Part shown: piece after piece, positions 36,171 through 44,542 of the stretch
Layout: each line of letters opens with the position of its first letter
How positions within the stretch are numbered: the first letter of the stretch is position 1
Source: a virus
Lineage: Duplodnaviria > Caudoviricetes
Length of the DNA: 64,000 bases
Direction: 5' to 3' (one strand)
Virus record (IMG/VR): IMGVR_UViG_3300010376_000002
Coordinates: 1 to 64,000 of that record
Notes under the pieces: model-generated
Told to the model about the DNA's origin: nothing
Databases searched by the model: none
The model's input: only the letters and a program-made list of their open reading frames with translations
Program-made: the position numbers and the translations under genes

Positions 36171-36171
36171 G

Positions 36172-36360
36172 TCATTTCTCCGTCATGCTCTTGAACGCAA
36201 GCTCTCGAGCATGACGCGCAGCTTTAACCCCTCGGGCGAAACTCGCACTCGCTTCCTCTTCGTCGCCTGGGGGGTTAGTAATTAAGCGATCATAGAGATT
36301 GTGGTAGAGTTTCACGATCACTTCCTCGTAGCCATGTTCGACGCAATCCCGGTCACTCAT
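36172..36360 (-). CDS. hypothetical protein
   Basis: ATGA overlap. Confidence 0.55.
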   Translation of the reverse strand: MSDRDCVEHGYEEVIVKLYHNLYDRLITNPPGDEEEASASFARGVKAARHARELAFKSMTEK

Positions 36361-36710
36361 GGAGTGATATTACTTCCGAATGACTGTTTCTTAAACTTCT
36401 CCTGATTCTGTTGAATCGTCTGAAGCAATTCTTTGTGGTCATCCAGAATCTGAGTCTGCCCGTTTAAGATCTGCGCCTGATTATTGAGGTTGGCTCTCAT
36501 GCTGTCTTCAAAATCATCCATGGTTTTATGCAGCTCCCGAATTTTGGTCAACGCTTCCTGTTGCTCGTAGCTCAGACTACCTTTGTTGCGCTCGCTCAAC
36601 ACAAGGTTGCCACCGCCGGTGACCAAGATAAGCACCAGTGTCGGCCAATCTAACTTGCCGCCGCTGATGATTTTCCCGATGCCGGTTTTGTCGTTACCGT
36701 TTTCACTCAT
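36357..36710 (-). CDS. single-TM plus coiled-coil protein (possible holin/lysis accessory)
   Basis: WPTLVLILVTGGGNLVL followed by heptad repeats; function is a guess. Confidence 0.5.
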   Translation of the reverse strand: MSENGNDKTGIGKIISGGKLDWPTLVLILVTGGGNLVLSERNKGSLSYEQQEALTKIRELHKTMDDFEDSMRANLNNQAQILNGQTQILDDHKELLQTIQQNQEKFKKQSFGSNITP

Positions 36711-36745
36711 TTACCAGCAACGCGTTCCATTGCATCTGCATCATA

Positions 36746-36988
36746 TCAGAAACCCGTTGCTACGTGGTGAGCTTTTCTGTGGCAGTTCCAGCAAAGAGCC
36801 GCCCAGTAATCGGTATCCAGTAACCAGCGGCCGAAGCGGCCTTTCTTGTGATGGATCTCCGCAGAGCGTTTCTTGGCGCAAGCTTCGCAAATTGGATGCT
36901 CGTTCAGAAATGCTTTCCGCAGCTTCGAATATTCGCGCAGTTGTGCAGCTCGCTTCTTACTGACGGGTTTGAGGCGAGTCCGTTTCAT
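36746..36988 (-). CDS. small HNH endonuclease
   Basis: CEAC...EIHH...LCWNCH. Confidence 0.75.
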   Translation of the reverse strand: MKRTRLKPVSKKRAAQLREYSKLRKAFLNEHPICEACAKKRSAEIHHKKGRFGRWLLDTDYWAALCWNCHRKAHHVATGF

Positions 36989-37176
36989 CGATATTGATCA
37001 CGTCTAGACGCCATTTCATCGGATGCGAACTTTCCACGTCGCCCAAATCACCGCATTGCTCGCGCACATCAAAACGTCTCGGTAGAGATACCAATAGGTT
37101 TGCCAATAAAGATCACCCAGAACCAACCCCAGGTTAGCTATACAAAGGGCACCGGAAGCAATTAGCATCCAGGGTC

Positions 37177-37467
37177 TTATCCGCTGCGCCCAGTTCTTTC
37201 CTCCGCCTCCAAAATCGCCTCTGTCCATTGTCGAACACGTACTCCGTTCTCTTTGGCAAGCAGTTCGTTGACCTGATCGATCAACTGTTGGTTGAAGGAT
37301 TTGAGATCCTCGGGATTAGCTCCTTGCGCAACTGACTTTAGATATGCGTCTTGAAGCGTTTTCTCGACTCGCTCAAGACTGGTTGCGGTGACGCTGCCAG
37401 CGATGAGGTTGCTGATTTCGCGATATCGTCGCGCACGGTGGAGATGACGCAACAGTTCGTAGATCAT
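37177..37467 (-). CDS. hypothetical protein
   Basis: 96-aa ORF in a minus-strand run. Confidence 0.5.
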   Translation of the reverse strand: MIYELLRHLHRARRYREISNLIAGSVTATSLERVEKTLQDAYLKSVAQGANPEDLKSFNQQLIDQVNELLAKENGVRVRQWTEAILEAEERTGRSG

Positions 37468-37545
37468 CGAACCGGCGCCGTTTTCTGAGCCTTAATCGAC
37501 TTGGCCGGCTCAGCTTTCTTCATCTTCTGAGCCGCCTTAGTCCTA

Positions 37546-37920
37546 TTAAACGTTCGCAGTTTTGGTTGTCTTTGCTTTTCCATGTCCTCGCTTCAGGTGT
37601 TTTCGGCTTCCTATTTCGCGGCGTTCGGCAGCCCGTGCCGCTTTGGCGGCTCGGCGTTCATTTGCTTTCTCTACGTCCCGATGGCCCTTTTTCCAGACTC
37701 GGTAACCCTGTTCTCCGTGCGGTCCCTCCGCTTCTAAAATTCGGACTTTAACGCCGATACTGCGCGCAAGCTCGTAAAGCGCTTCGCGCCTTTTGGGCGA
37801 GAAAAAGGATTCCTCGAGCCGCATAGTGAGCAATTTGTTGTGCTCCTCTGAGGCGTGGCGCCCACGGGTCTCGATTGTTTCTATCCCACTTTCGATAGGG
37901 TATTCGTATTGGTTGGTCAT
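37546..37920 (-). CDS. basic hypothetical protein (AbrB/ribbon-like N-terminus possible)
   Basis: YPIESGI...GIKVR..EG.QGYRVW then Lys/Arg-rich tail. Confidence 0.55.
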   Translation of the reverse strand: MTNQYEYPIESGIETIETRGRHASEEHNKLLTMRLEESFFSPKRREALYELARSIGVKVRILEAEGPHGEQGYRVWKKGHRDVEKANERRAAKAARAAERREIGSRKHLKRGHGKAKTTKTANV

Positions 37921-38047
37921 AGATTCTACGGTAAAAAATATTCAGTGCGATCGGATCGGTTATCCGACCGGAACGCCGGCCAAAGCTGTAATCGATCCCA
38001 GATTGGTAATCACCTCGGGTCACAGTACAGGGTTGCACACCTCGGAT

Positions 38048-38076
38048 TTGCCTGCAATTATTCTCTTGCATATTAT
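38048..38076 (+). promoter_or_regulatory. promoter TTGCCT-N17-TATTAT, leaderless
   Basis: ATGs at 38082/38085 fall at the expected transcription start. Confidence 0.55.
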
Positions 38077-38084
38077 TCATGATG

Positions 38085-38642
38085 ATGAAATCCGCTGTTC
38101 AGAGAAAGGGCCGCCACTTCCAGGGAATCCCCGTGCGCGAAGCACGAGCAGATATATTGGTTCAACCTTCGAAAGCCGACATCGAAAAATCGACTCGCCG
38201 CGATCCGGAAAACTGCGCATATGCCGTCTGTTGCCGGCGCATGTTTCAGACTCGCAGAGCGTTTGTCTATTCCGGTGTCGCCTACGTAGAGGTCTTAGAC
38301 GAAACCGGTCATCCGATAATGGAGCGCTACGTCATTAGAAATAGCGCTAAGGATTGGATGAGAGACTATGACGACGATCAACCAGTTAATCCAGGCGGAT
38401 TCGTCTTACACAAACCTCCGAAAGGCTACACGCTAGAATGGAAACATCGCTATGGTAAACGGTGGCAAAAGGCCAATCCGGACAAAAGGAAGCTTTATGG
38501 GCAGCGTTCCTGGGCTAAACAAAAGGCGGCACGCAAAGCGCCAAAAGCCAAACAGATCAACGGCTTTTCATTCCGCGATGGAACGGGATGCGTTCGATTT
38601 TTGGGCACGCATGACGGAATGATCACCACAAGGCGGGAGTAG
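38085..38642 (+). CDS. hypothetical protein
   Basis: RRDPENCAYAVC...AYV...RY pattern. Confidence 0.6.
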   Translation: MKSAVQRKGRHFQGIPVREARADILVQPSKADIEKSTRRDPENCAYAVCCRRMFQTRRAFVYSGVAYVEVLDETGHPIMERYVIRNSAKDWMRDYDDDQPVNPGGFVLHKPPKGYTLEWKHRYGKRWQKANPDKRKLYGQRSWAKQKAARKAPKAKQINGFSFRDGTGCVRFLGTHDGMITTRRE

Positions 38643-38649
38643 ATGACTT

Positions 38650-39264
38650 ATGGATCCCTTCGACGAACCTCTGAGAGAACTGACGCTCGAAGAGTACAAT
38701 CAACTAAAGAGAGAAAGCGAGGACGTACCTCTCGAGATCGTCGAAGACTCCCGGCCGCTGAAGACCGGTCGGCAGATATGGGACTTGGCGTTAAAAGGCA
38801 AAAACCGGGATCAAATAGCTCAGAAGCTTAAGATCGATACTGATTTCCTTGATGAGGCTCTCTCGACTTATCGGACTCGCCTGGCTCTCAGTATCGAAAC
38901 CTATCGCTTGTTGGATAACGAACGGATCGACCGCTTAATCGCTTATTGGTTGCCGCTTGCGATGGAGGGCGCCATCACCGTCGAACGGATCCGGGCCGGC
39001 GAAGTTTTTCGCGAAGACGATTTCGATATCCCGCTTAAAGCGAGCGCATTCTGTATCGGTGCCATGGAAAAGAGAATGAAAATTCTCGGCGCCACGGCCG
39101 GGCTGCTCGGCGGATCAGAAAGTGACAAACCTCATTCCGAGAGGAATATTGTTGTCTGGTTACGCGAAGTTCTCCCCTCCATCGAAAAGATAACCCAAGA
39201 ATTAGACGGAGGTCATAATGGCAACCAACCCCACGGAAACGGATCCCAGCAAAGCTCCTCCTGA
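38650..39264 (+). CDS. terminase small subunit-like HTH protein
   Basis: HTH (IWDLALKG.NRDQIAQKL) plus ERIDRL...W.LA..G...A...MEKRMKILG. Confidence 0.55.
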   Translation: MDPFDEPLRELTLEEYNQLKRESEDVPLEIVEDSRPLKTGRQIWDLALKGKNRDQIAQKLKIDTDFLDEALSTYRTRLALSIETYRLLDNERIDRLIAYWLPLAMEGAITVERIRAGEVFREDDFDIPLKASAFCIGAMEKRMKILGATAGLLGGSESDKPHSERNIVVWLREVLPSIEKITQELDGGHNGNQPHGNGSQQSSS

Positions 39265-39481
39265 TGTGGCAATTAAGCCGGTCAAGGGCAGCTCGAACGT
39301 TGCCGCGGTAGGCTATCATAAGCCTACAGGCGCGCTACACGTGGTATTCCATTCCGGAGGGCATTACGTGTACCAGCACGTAACGCAAAGCCTGTTCGAC
39401 CGTTTTATGAAGGCCGATAGCAAAGGCAACTTTCTGCACAAGCACATTAAAAACCGGCACCGCTTTTTGAAAGTCCTTTAG
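39218..39481 (+). CDS. KTSC domain protein
   Basis: V.GSSNVAAVGY...L.V.F.SGG.Y.Y..V...F..ADSKG.F. Confidence 0.9.
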   Translation: MATNPTETDPSKAPPDVAIKPVKGSSNVAAVGYHKPTGALHVVFHSGGHYVYQHVTQSLFDRFMKADSKGNFLHKHIKNRHRFLKVL

Positions 39482-39766
39482 GGACACCACACTTTCTCTG
39501 TCGGACTCGCCTTGTGATCTGCCAAACTCCTCGCATCATGCGCTCAGTAGCTTCTCCGTAGCAGTGCTTGGGATCGAACTTTTTCCAGAAGACGTCAAAC
39601 AGAGGGTCAGGCACCGACTTGTGGTGCTTGAGTTCCATCGCGCAACGCAATAAGGGCATCCCCTGATAGAAATTTCAACAATTTTCTGCGAAGAGTGGTC
39701 TCGTTCCTGCTCGGAATACATTACGAATATTTAACTTGAATCGCAAGGCATTGGCTAGTAGCAAGC

Positions 39767-39795
39767 TTGCAAGGCTTGCTCGCTTGCGATAACCT
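39767..39795 (+). promoter_or_regulatory. promoter TTGCAA-N17-TAACCT for the helicase
   Basis: 17-nt spacing; ATG 12 nt after the -10 box, no SD. Confidence 0.6.
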
Positions 39796-39807
39796 CACTT
39801 AAAGCCC

Positions 39808-41373
39808 ATGGACTTAAGACCTTACCAGCAACTCGCTGTTAGAGAGTCCTTAGCAGCTTGGGAAAACTGGGATAGGATTCTCGGCGTTGCCGCTACCGGC
39901 GCAGGGAAAACAGTCATTGCCTCGCACCTTTTCCGTCAACGATTGTCTTTAGGTCCATGCCTTTTCATCGCTCATCGCAAAGAGTTGCTCTCTCAAGCAA
40001 GGGACAAAATTTATCGGGTTAATAGCGAGACGAACTGGAGATTCCAGATCGGACTTGAGCAGGCCGAAATTCGAGCGTCGACTCAAGACGACGTTGTTGT
40101 CGCGTCGGTTCAGTCTTTGCATCTGAACCGGCTCCAACGCTGGGACCGCAACCACTTCCGCACCTGCGTTATCGACGAATGCCATCGTTCGACCTCGAAA
40201 TCCTATCAGCAGATTCTCAATCACTTTGTCGATTGCAAGACCCTGGGAATCACCGCAACACCGGACCGGAGCGATCAGCGATCGCTGGGAGAGGTCTTTG
40301 AACATATCGCGTTTGAGATTGGGTTGATTGGATTGATCGACGACCATTGGCTTAGCCCAATTCGTGTCGAACAAATCCCTCTCCAGATTGACGTATCCGA
40401 GGTCGGCTTAGACAACCAAGGTGATTTAGACGCTAGCGAACTTGAGCACGTATTAGAGCCATATCTGGGCGCTTTGGCGGCTGAAATCGCCGCCCGGCCG
40501 GAGCGCAAAACGCTCGTTTTCCTTCCGCTCGTGAAACTGAGCCAGGAGTTCGCCGAAATCGCTCGTGACTTAGGAGTGGCGGCCGAGCATATCGACGGTT
40601 CGTTCAAGGACGACGAACGCAAAGCCGTACTCCAACGCTTTCACGATGGCGACACCCGAGTCTTAAGCTGCGCCATGTTGCTTGCCGAAGGTTATGACGA
40701 ACCCTCGGTGGACGCTATTTGCGTCTTTCGTCCGACGCAAAGCCGGAGCCTCTATGCGCAGTGTGTCGGTCGCGGCACACGCATCTGCGACGGAAAAGAG
40801 AACTTGCTAATTCTGGATCCTTTGTGGCTTTCCAGTGAACACTCGTTGATTAAGCCGGCTAGCCTCATCGCGAAGAGTGAGGCTGAATCAGAGGCAATTA
40901 CGGAATTGCTCGCTGGGGAACCGGATTTACTCTCGGCTCAACGTAAAAACGATCGGATCAATCTCGAACTGGTTCGGCAACGGGCTGCGGCACTCGCGGA
41001 ACGCGCGGCCGCGATGGCAAAACGTCAACGCCAGGTATTTGATCCGCTCGAATTCGCCAGCGTTTTAAGCGATCCAGAATTAGCAGATTTCGAAGGGACC
41101 ATGCACTGGCACTTTGAGGACGTGTCGGATAAACAGGCGACACTCCTTCAGACCTACGGCGTGAACGTGGATGCGGTTCAGAATAAAGGGCACGCGTCCA
41201 AAATTCTGGGCAAATTGATTGGGCGCCAGCGGCAAGACCTCGCGACTTTCAAACAACTGCGCTGGCTTGTGAAATATAATTATCCCGAGGCAGAGAAAGC
41301 CACTTTCAAGGAGGCGAAAGCCTTTTTGGATCGTCGGTGGGGCAACCGGGATCGACAGTTAAATTTAGTATGA
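39808..41373 (+). CDS. superfamily II DExH helicase (Irc3/UvsW-like)
   Basis: ATGAGKT, IDECH, TATP, HIDG, LAEGYD, QCVGRGTR. Confidence 0.9.
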   Translation: MDLRPYQQLAVRESLAAWENWDRILGVAATGAGKTVIASHLFRQRLSLGPCLFIAHRKELLSQARDKIYRVNSETNWRFQIGLEQAEIRASTQDDVVVASVQSLHLNRLQRWDRNHFRTCVIDECHRSTSKSYQQILNHFVDCKTLGITATPDRSDQRSLGEVFEHIAFEIGLIGLIDDHWLSPIRVEQIPLQIDVSEVGLDNQGDLDASELEHVLEPYLGALAAEIAARPERKTLVFLPLVKLSQEFAEIARDLGVAAEHIDGSFKDDERKAVLQRFHDGDTRVLSCAMLLAEGYDEPSVDAICVFRPTQSRSLYAQCVGRGTRICDGKENLLILDPLWLSSEHSLIKPASLIAKSEAESEAITELLAGEPDLLSAQRKNDRINLELVRQRAAALAERAAAMAKRQRQVFDPLEFASVLSDPELADFEGTMHWHFEDVSDKQATLLQTYGVNVDAVQNKGHASKILGKLIGRQRQDLATFKQLRWLVKYNYPEAEKATFKEAKAFLDRRWGNRDRQLNLV

Positions 41374-41728
41374 AGGCTGGGCGGGATAAGGTCGGCAGAG
41401 GCAAGCTCAGCTATGGCATGGCTTGGTATGAAAAAGATGTCGCGGCGAGGGACCGCACAGAGCCGGTAGTCAGACGACGGTCTGGCATAAGCATTGCCGC
41501 TCGGAGCCTGCGCTAACGTGGCGCAGGCATCCCTCCGATTTTATGAAGTTTTGGTTCCGAGAGAGCACCAAAGGCCGGTTTGCCTCGTTCCATTGCTGCT
41601 TACCGGATTAACGAAGCCGCTGGCAGGATCATGTGCAGTGATCGTCTGCCAGCGGCATCTCTCATGAAGGGCTTCTGTCCAAATTCTGAACTAGCAAAGA
41701 ACTCGCTTGAGCGCTAGCCTCAAAGCTC

Positions 41729-42013
41729 ATGGGACGAGCAAAAATCGGCACCGGAACGCTGACTCCTTTCAAGAAGGGCGGCACCGGGAGCGAATCAATC
41801 GGCGGCTCAACCAGTAGGGAAGAGAGTGGACAACGCAAAGGTTTCACTAAGAAGATCTATTGCGATAAAGCCTCTCAATCGGTTACGAAACTTGTGCCGT
41901 TCTCTGACTCCGGCAGCGGAGGTCGCAATACGGGCGAAGGCGGAGTTCCGAACTTCCGCGTTCGCGATAACGGGATCAAGAACCCTGGTGGATACAGAGC
42001 ATTTCGTAAGTGA
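41729..42013 (+). CDS. small basic Gly-rich protein
   Basis: GTGA overlap with the next gene. Confidence 0.5.
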   Translation: MGRAKIGTGTLTPFKKGGTGSESIGGSTSREESGQRKGFTKKIYCDKASQSVTKLVPFSDSGSGGRNTGEGGVPNFRVRDNGIKNPGGYRAFRK

Positions 42014-42534
42014 GCGAAGAAGAAGAGGTTTGGAGAGCAATACCAGGGCTTGAGAATTATCAAGTCTCCAGCTTTGGTCGTATCTATTCGATGCCCAGAA
42101 TCACGCTGCTAGGGCGACCGTTCAAAGGCAGATTATTGGGCCAATACGTGAATAACAAAGGTTACAAAACGGTCAGCATCCAAGGTAAGACTTATGCCGT
42201 CCACCGATTGGTGGCGCTAGCCTTCCTAGGACCACCACCAGAAGAAATGGTGGTGGATCATGGCGATACCGATAAGACAAACAATCATTTCTCTAACCTC
42301 GAATACGTCACTGCGAAAGAAAATGTCGACAGAGCGGTAAAAGCCGGAAGATATGCTGCAAACGGCTGTCCAGCTGGAGAGCGGCATCCAAATGCGTGTC
42401 TAACTGATGCCCAAGTCCGAGATCTCCTTCATCTTGGCATGGAGGGGATGAAACCAAAAGACATCGCCACACATTTCGGAATATCCAGAAGTCATGTTTA
42501 CACGCTACTGTCTGGAAAAAAGAGAAAGGTATAA
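42010..42534 (+). mobile_element. NUMOD4-HNH homing endonuclease gene
   Basis: EVWRAIPG.ENYQVSSFGRI (NUMOD4), VHRLVALAF, VDH.D.DK.NN..SNLEYVT, C-terminal HTH. Confidence 0.9.
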
Positions 42535-42539
42535 ACCCT

Positions 42540-42773
42540 ATGGCTAGTGGAGATTGGGGCGGTGGTGGAGCAAGTCAGATTCCGCGCATGGTCAGCCGAA
42601 ACATCAATGTGACCAAGAAAGCCACGGTGAGCCGGCCGGCGCGCCAGGAACCTCAAGGCGATTCGCCTCCCCTGAAATATTATCCGAGTTCCATCTATTA
42701 TAAGGAACCCGTGGATCGGGACTTCGCGAAAAACCGGGCAGCGGCAAACGGGCGCACGAAGCACGGGAGATAG
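42540..42773 (+). CDS. small basic hypothetical protein
   Basis: Packed run. Confidence 0.5.
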   Translation: MASGDWGGGGASQIPRMVSRNINVTKKATVSRPARQEPQGDSPPLKYYPSSIYYKEPVDRDFAKNRAAANGRTKHGR

Positions 42774-42774
42774 T

Positions 42775-42963
42775 ATGGCTGAGAAAAAGAAATGGATGGC
42801 GGAGGCTTTTAAGAATGCGCACGGGCAGCTCCGTCGCAAAACCGGCGCCAAACCTGGCAAACCAATTGCCGCTTCCAAGCTCGAAAAAGCGACCCATTCC
42901 GAAAGCACAAAGACTAAGAGACAAGCCGTTTTAGCCCAGACTGCACGTCGAGCTAATCGATGA
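42775..42963 (+). CDS. conserved small basic phage protein
   Basis: KKWM..AFK...G.L...G...GKPI..SKL.KA...K.QA.LA pattern. Confidence 0.65.
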   Translation: MAEKKKWMAEAFKNAHGQLRRKTGAKPGKPIAASKLEKATHSESTKTKRQAVLAQTARRANR

Positions 42964-43601
42964 TGAGAGTTATCTCAGGAATGACCCCCCCAGGTGGTTG
43001 GCATTTCCGGCAGAAGTTGGTGTCTCAGCCGGCGCGGCCGCGGGCGCAAGTCATCGGAGCGATGAGTTATGAGCAATTGGTCGAGAATGTATTTCAGTTC
43101 CGGCTCAATAACCTCGAGATGGTTCCTAGCGGCACAGCAACTCGTGAACAAGCAGAGCAAGACATCGCTTTCTATATCTGCGGACACTGGAGACACAACT
43201 GCACCGGCTCCGCAGCTGAACTTGCAAACGCTGGCAAGACGCCTCCGCCAGTTAAACATTACCCTCGACCGATTAACCGAATTGAGGACTGGCTTACCGT
43301 CTTAACTGAAAGGCCGCTAAAATGGGTGGACCAAGCTCGAGCAAGCGAACGAGCGCAGGTCTGTCTCAAGTGCCCGATGAACCAACCCTGGAGCGTCGGA
43401 AGTTGCAAACCTTGCAACGCCAATGTGGACCGCAGGGAGAAGCTGATCCGCGGCAGCCGATCAACCGGATTGGAACCCAAGCTCAAAGGATGTGTCTCCT
43501 TCGGCACTTTGCTCGTGCTCAGCATCTGGCTCGAAGACGACTTTACCGGCCCGAGACGGCAGCCGCCGGCGGAATGCTGGAAACTGACTGAAAAACGATG
43601 A
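42960..43601 (+). CDS. Cys-rich phage protein
   Basis: PPGGWHF, RAQVC..CP.N, C..C, L.GC, P..CW. Confidence 0.65.
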   Translation: MMRVISGMTPPGGWHFRQKLVSQPARPRAQVIGAMSYEQLVENVFQFRLNNLEMVPSGTATREQAEQDIAFYICGHWRHNCTGSAAELANAGKTPPPVKHYPRPINRIEDWLTVLTERPLKWVDQARASERAQVCLKCPMNQPWSVGSCKPCNANVDRREKLIRGSRSTGLEPKLKGCVSFGTLLVLSIWLEDDFTGPRRQPPAECWKLTEKR

Positions 43602-43744
43602 TCACTTTGGAAGATCTTAAGCAACGCACTGACTGGGAAATTCGAGCGATGACCCTTATCCAGCTAACCCGAATCGCCACTGCTCTGGAAGATATCGAGG
43701 TAGCGCTAGGAGCAATTTCGGATCGTATTCGTGAAAACGACTGA
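43598..43744 (+). CDS. 48-aa coiled-coil peptide not in the track
   Basis: MITLEDLKQRTDWEIRAMTLIQLTRIATALEDIEVALGAISDRIREND; ATGA overlap. Confidence 0.5.
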   Translation: MITLEDLKQRTDWEIRAMTLIQLTRIATALEDIEVALGAISDRIREND

Positions 43745-43753
43745 AGCTGCCGT

Positions 43754-44140
43754 ATGAGCGAAAAGATCCCGCCGGAGCCTAAAAACACCATCTGCATAGA
43801 CTTCGATGGAGTGTTAGCGGAGTACGACGGATGGAAAGGCGAAGAGCACTTCGGTTTTCCGATAGCTGGCGCCATCGACTTCGTTCGCGACCTGGTGAAC
43901 GCCGGTTACCAAGTATGTATCTGGACAACGCGCGCGAGTCGCGAAGGCGGCAGACGAGCATTGCAAGGTTGGTTTACCAAGCACGGGATGGATGAGACAA
44001 GGATTTCGCGACTCTGGTTTAGTGATGTGAAATTTCCCGCGATCCTCTACATCGATGACCGAGCCTATCGTTTCGATGGCATCTTTCCGACTCTGAAAGA
44101 GATCGACAATTTACGACCTTGGTGGGATAAAAAAGCGTAA
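43754..44140 (+). CDS. HAD-superfamily phosphatase
   Basis: IDFDGVL, WTTR, K, YIDD motifs I-IV. Confidence 0.85.
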   Translation: MSEKIPPEPKNTICIDFDGVLAEYDGWKGEEHFGFPIAGAIDFVRDLVNAGYQVCIWTTRASREGGRRALQGWFTKHGMDETRISRLWFSDVKFPAILYIDDRAYRFDGIFPTLKEIDNLRPWWDKKA

Positions 44141-44160
44141 GGTTACACATCTAGGACATC

Positions 44161-44200
44161 GCAGAAGGACGTGCCGTCAGCAGCACGTCCTTCTTGCTTT
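44161..44200 (+). terminator. intrinsic terminator
   Basis: Perfect 12-bp stem agaaggacgtgc/gcacgtccttct then tgcttt. Confidence 0.75.
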
Positions 44201-44231
44201 CGGCCGCCATACTACTAAATACATATAAAGC

Positions 44232-44345
44232 GCGCGGTAGTAGGAACGTATCTGCCGGTCACTTCGGATCATCGGCGTTGAGCTTGAAATTCTGGATAGC
44301 TGGCGTGAACGGGTTCCTCGGATGGGCAACCATTCGCCGCGCACC
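44232..44345 (+). ncRNA. candidate structured ncRNA with an acceptor-stem-like terminus ending ACC
   Basis: GCGCGG/CCGCGC, AGGAAC/GTTCCT, TATCT/GGATA helices, 6-7-bp GCAA-tetraloop hairpin, followed by T6. Confidence 0.6.
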
Positions 44346-44351
44346 TTTTTT

Positions 44352-44476
44352 GGGTCTGATTGGTAGAGTGAGGGTTGCGCCAGGAAAGCGCGATGACTTA
44401 AGCATCAGCGTCCTAGCAGACTGTAAGGTCGTCAGAAACAGCGTAGCCACTGAGGGTTCGATTCCCTCCAGATCCA
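44352..44476 (+). ncRNA. mini tmRNA-like RNA (tRNA-like domain only, Ala identity)
   Basis: GGGTCTG/CAGATCC-A acceptor stem with G3-U70, GAGGG-TTCGATT-CCCTC T-arm, stemless D region, 8-bp P2-like helix. Confidence 0.75.
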
Positions 44477-44542
44477 CTCTTTGTTTGATTTCAGCTCCGA
44501 CCGCGCGCAAGATCGTTTCTTGGAACGAGGCTTCGCTGCGCT

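Noticed and set aside
41632-41638. 7-nt hairpin loop TGTGCAG read as an Ala (UGC) anticodon partner for the mini-tmRNA
   Set aside because: Lacks U33, lies 2.7 kb away, and such a match is easily due to chance.
44352-44476. Canonical tRNA (Ala, or Tyr given GCAGACTGTAA at 44416-44426 matching a tRNA-Tyr anticodon arm) or a two-piece permuted tmRNA
   Set aside because: No D-stem/anticodon-stem cloverleaf fits, the GTA arm does not pair properly, and both acceptor strands are in standard order in one piece.
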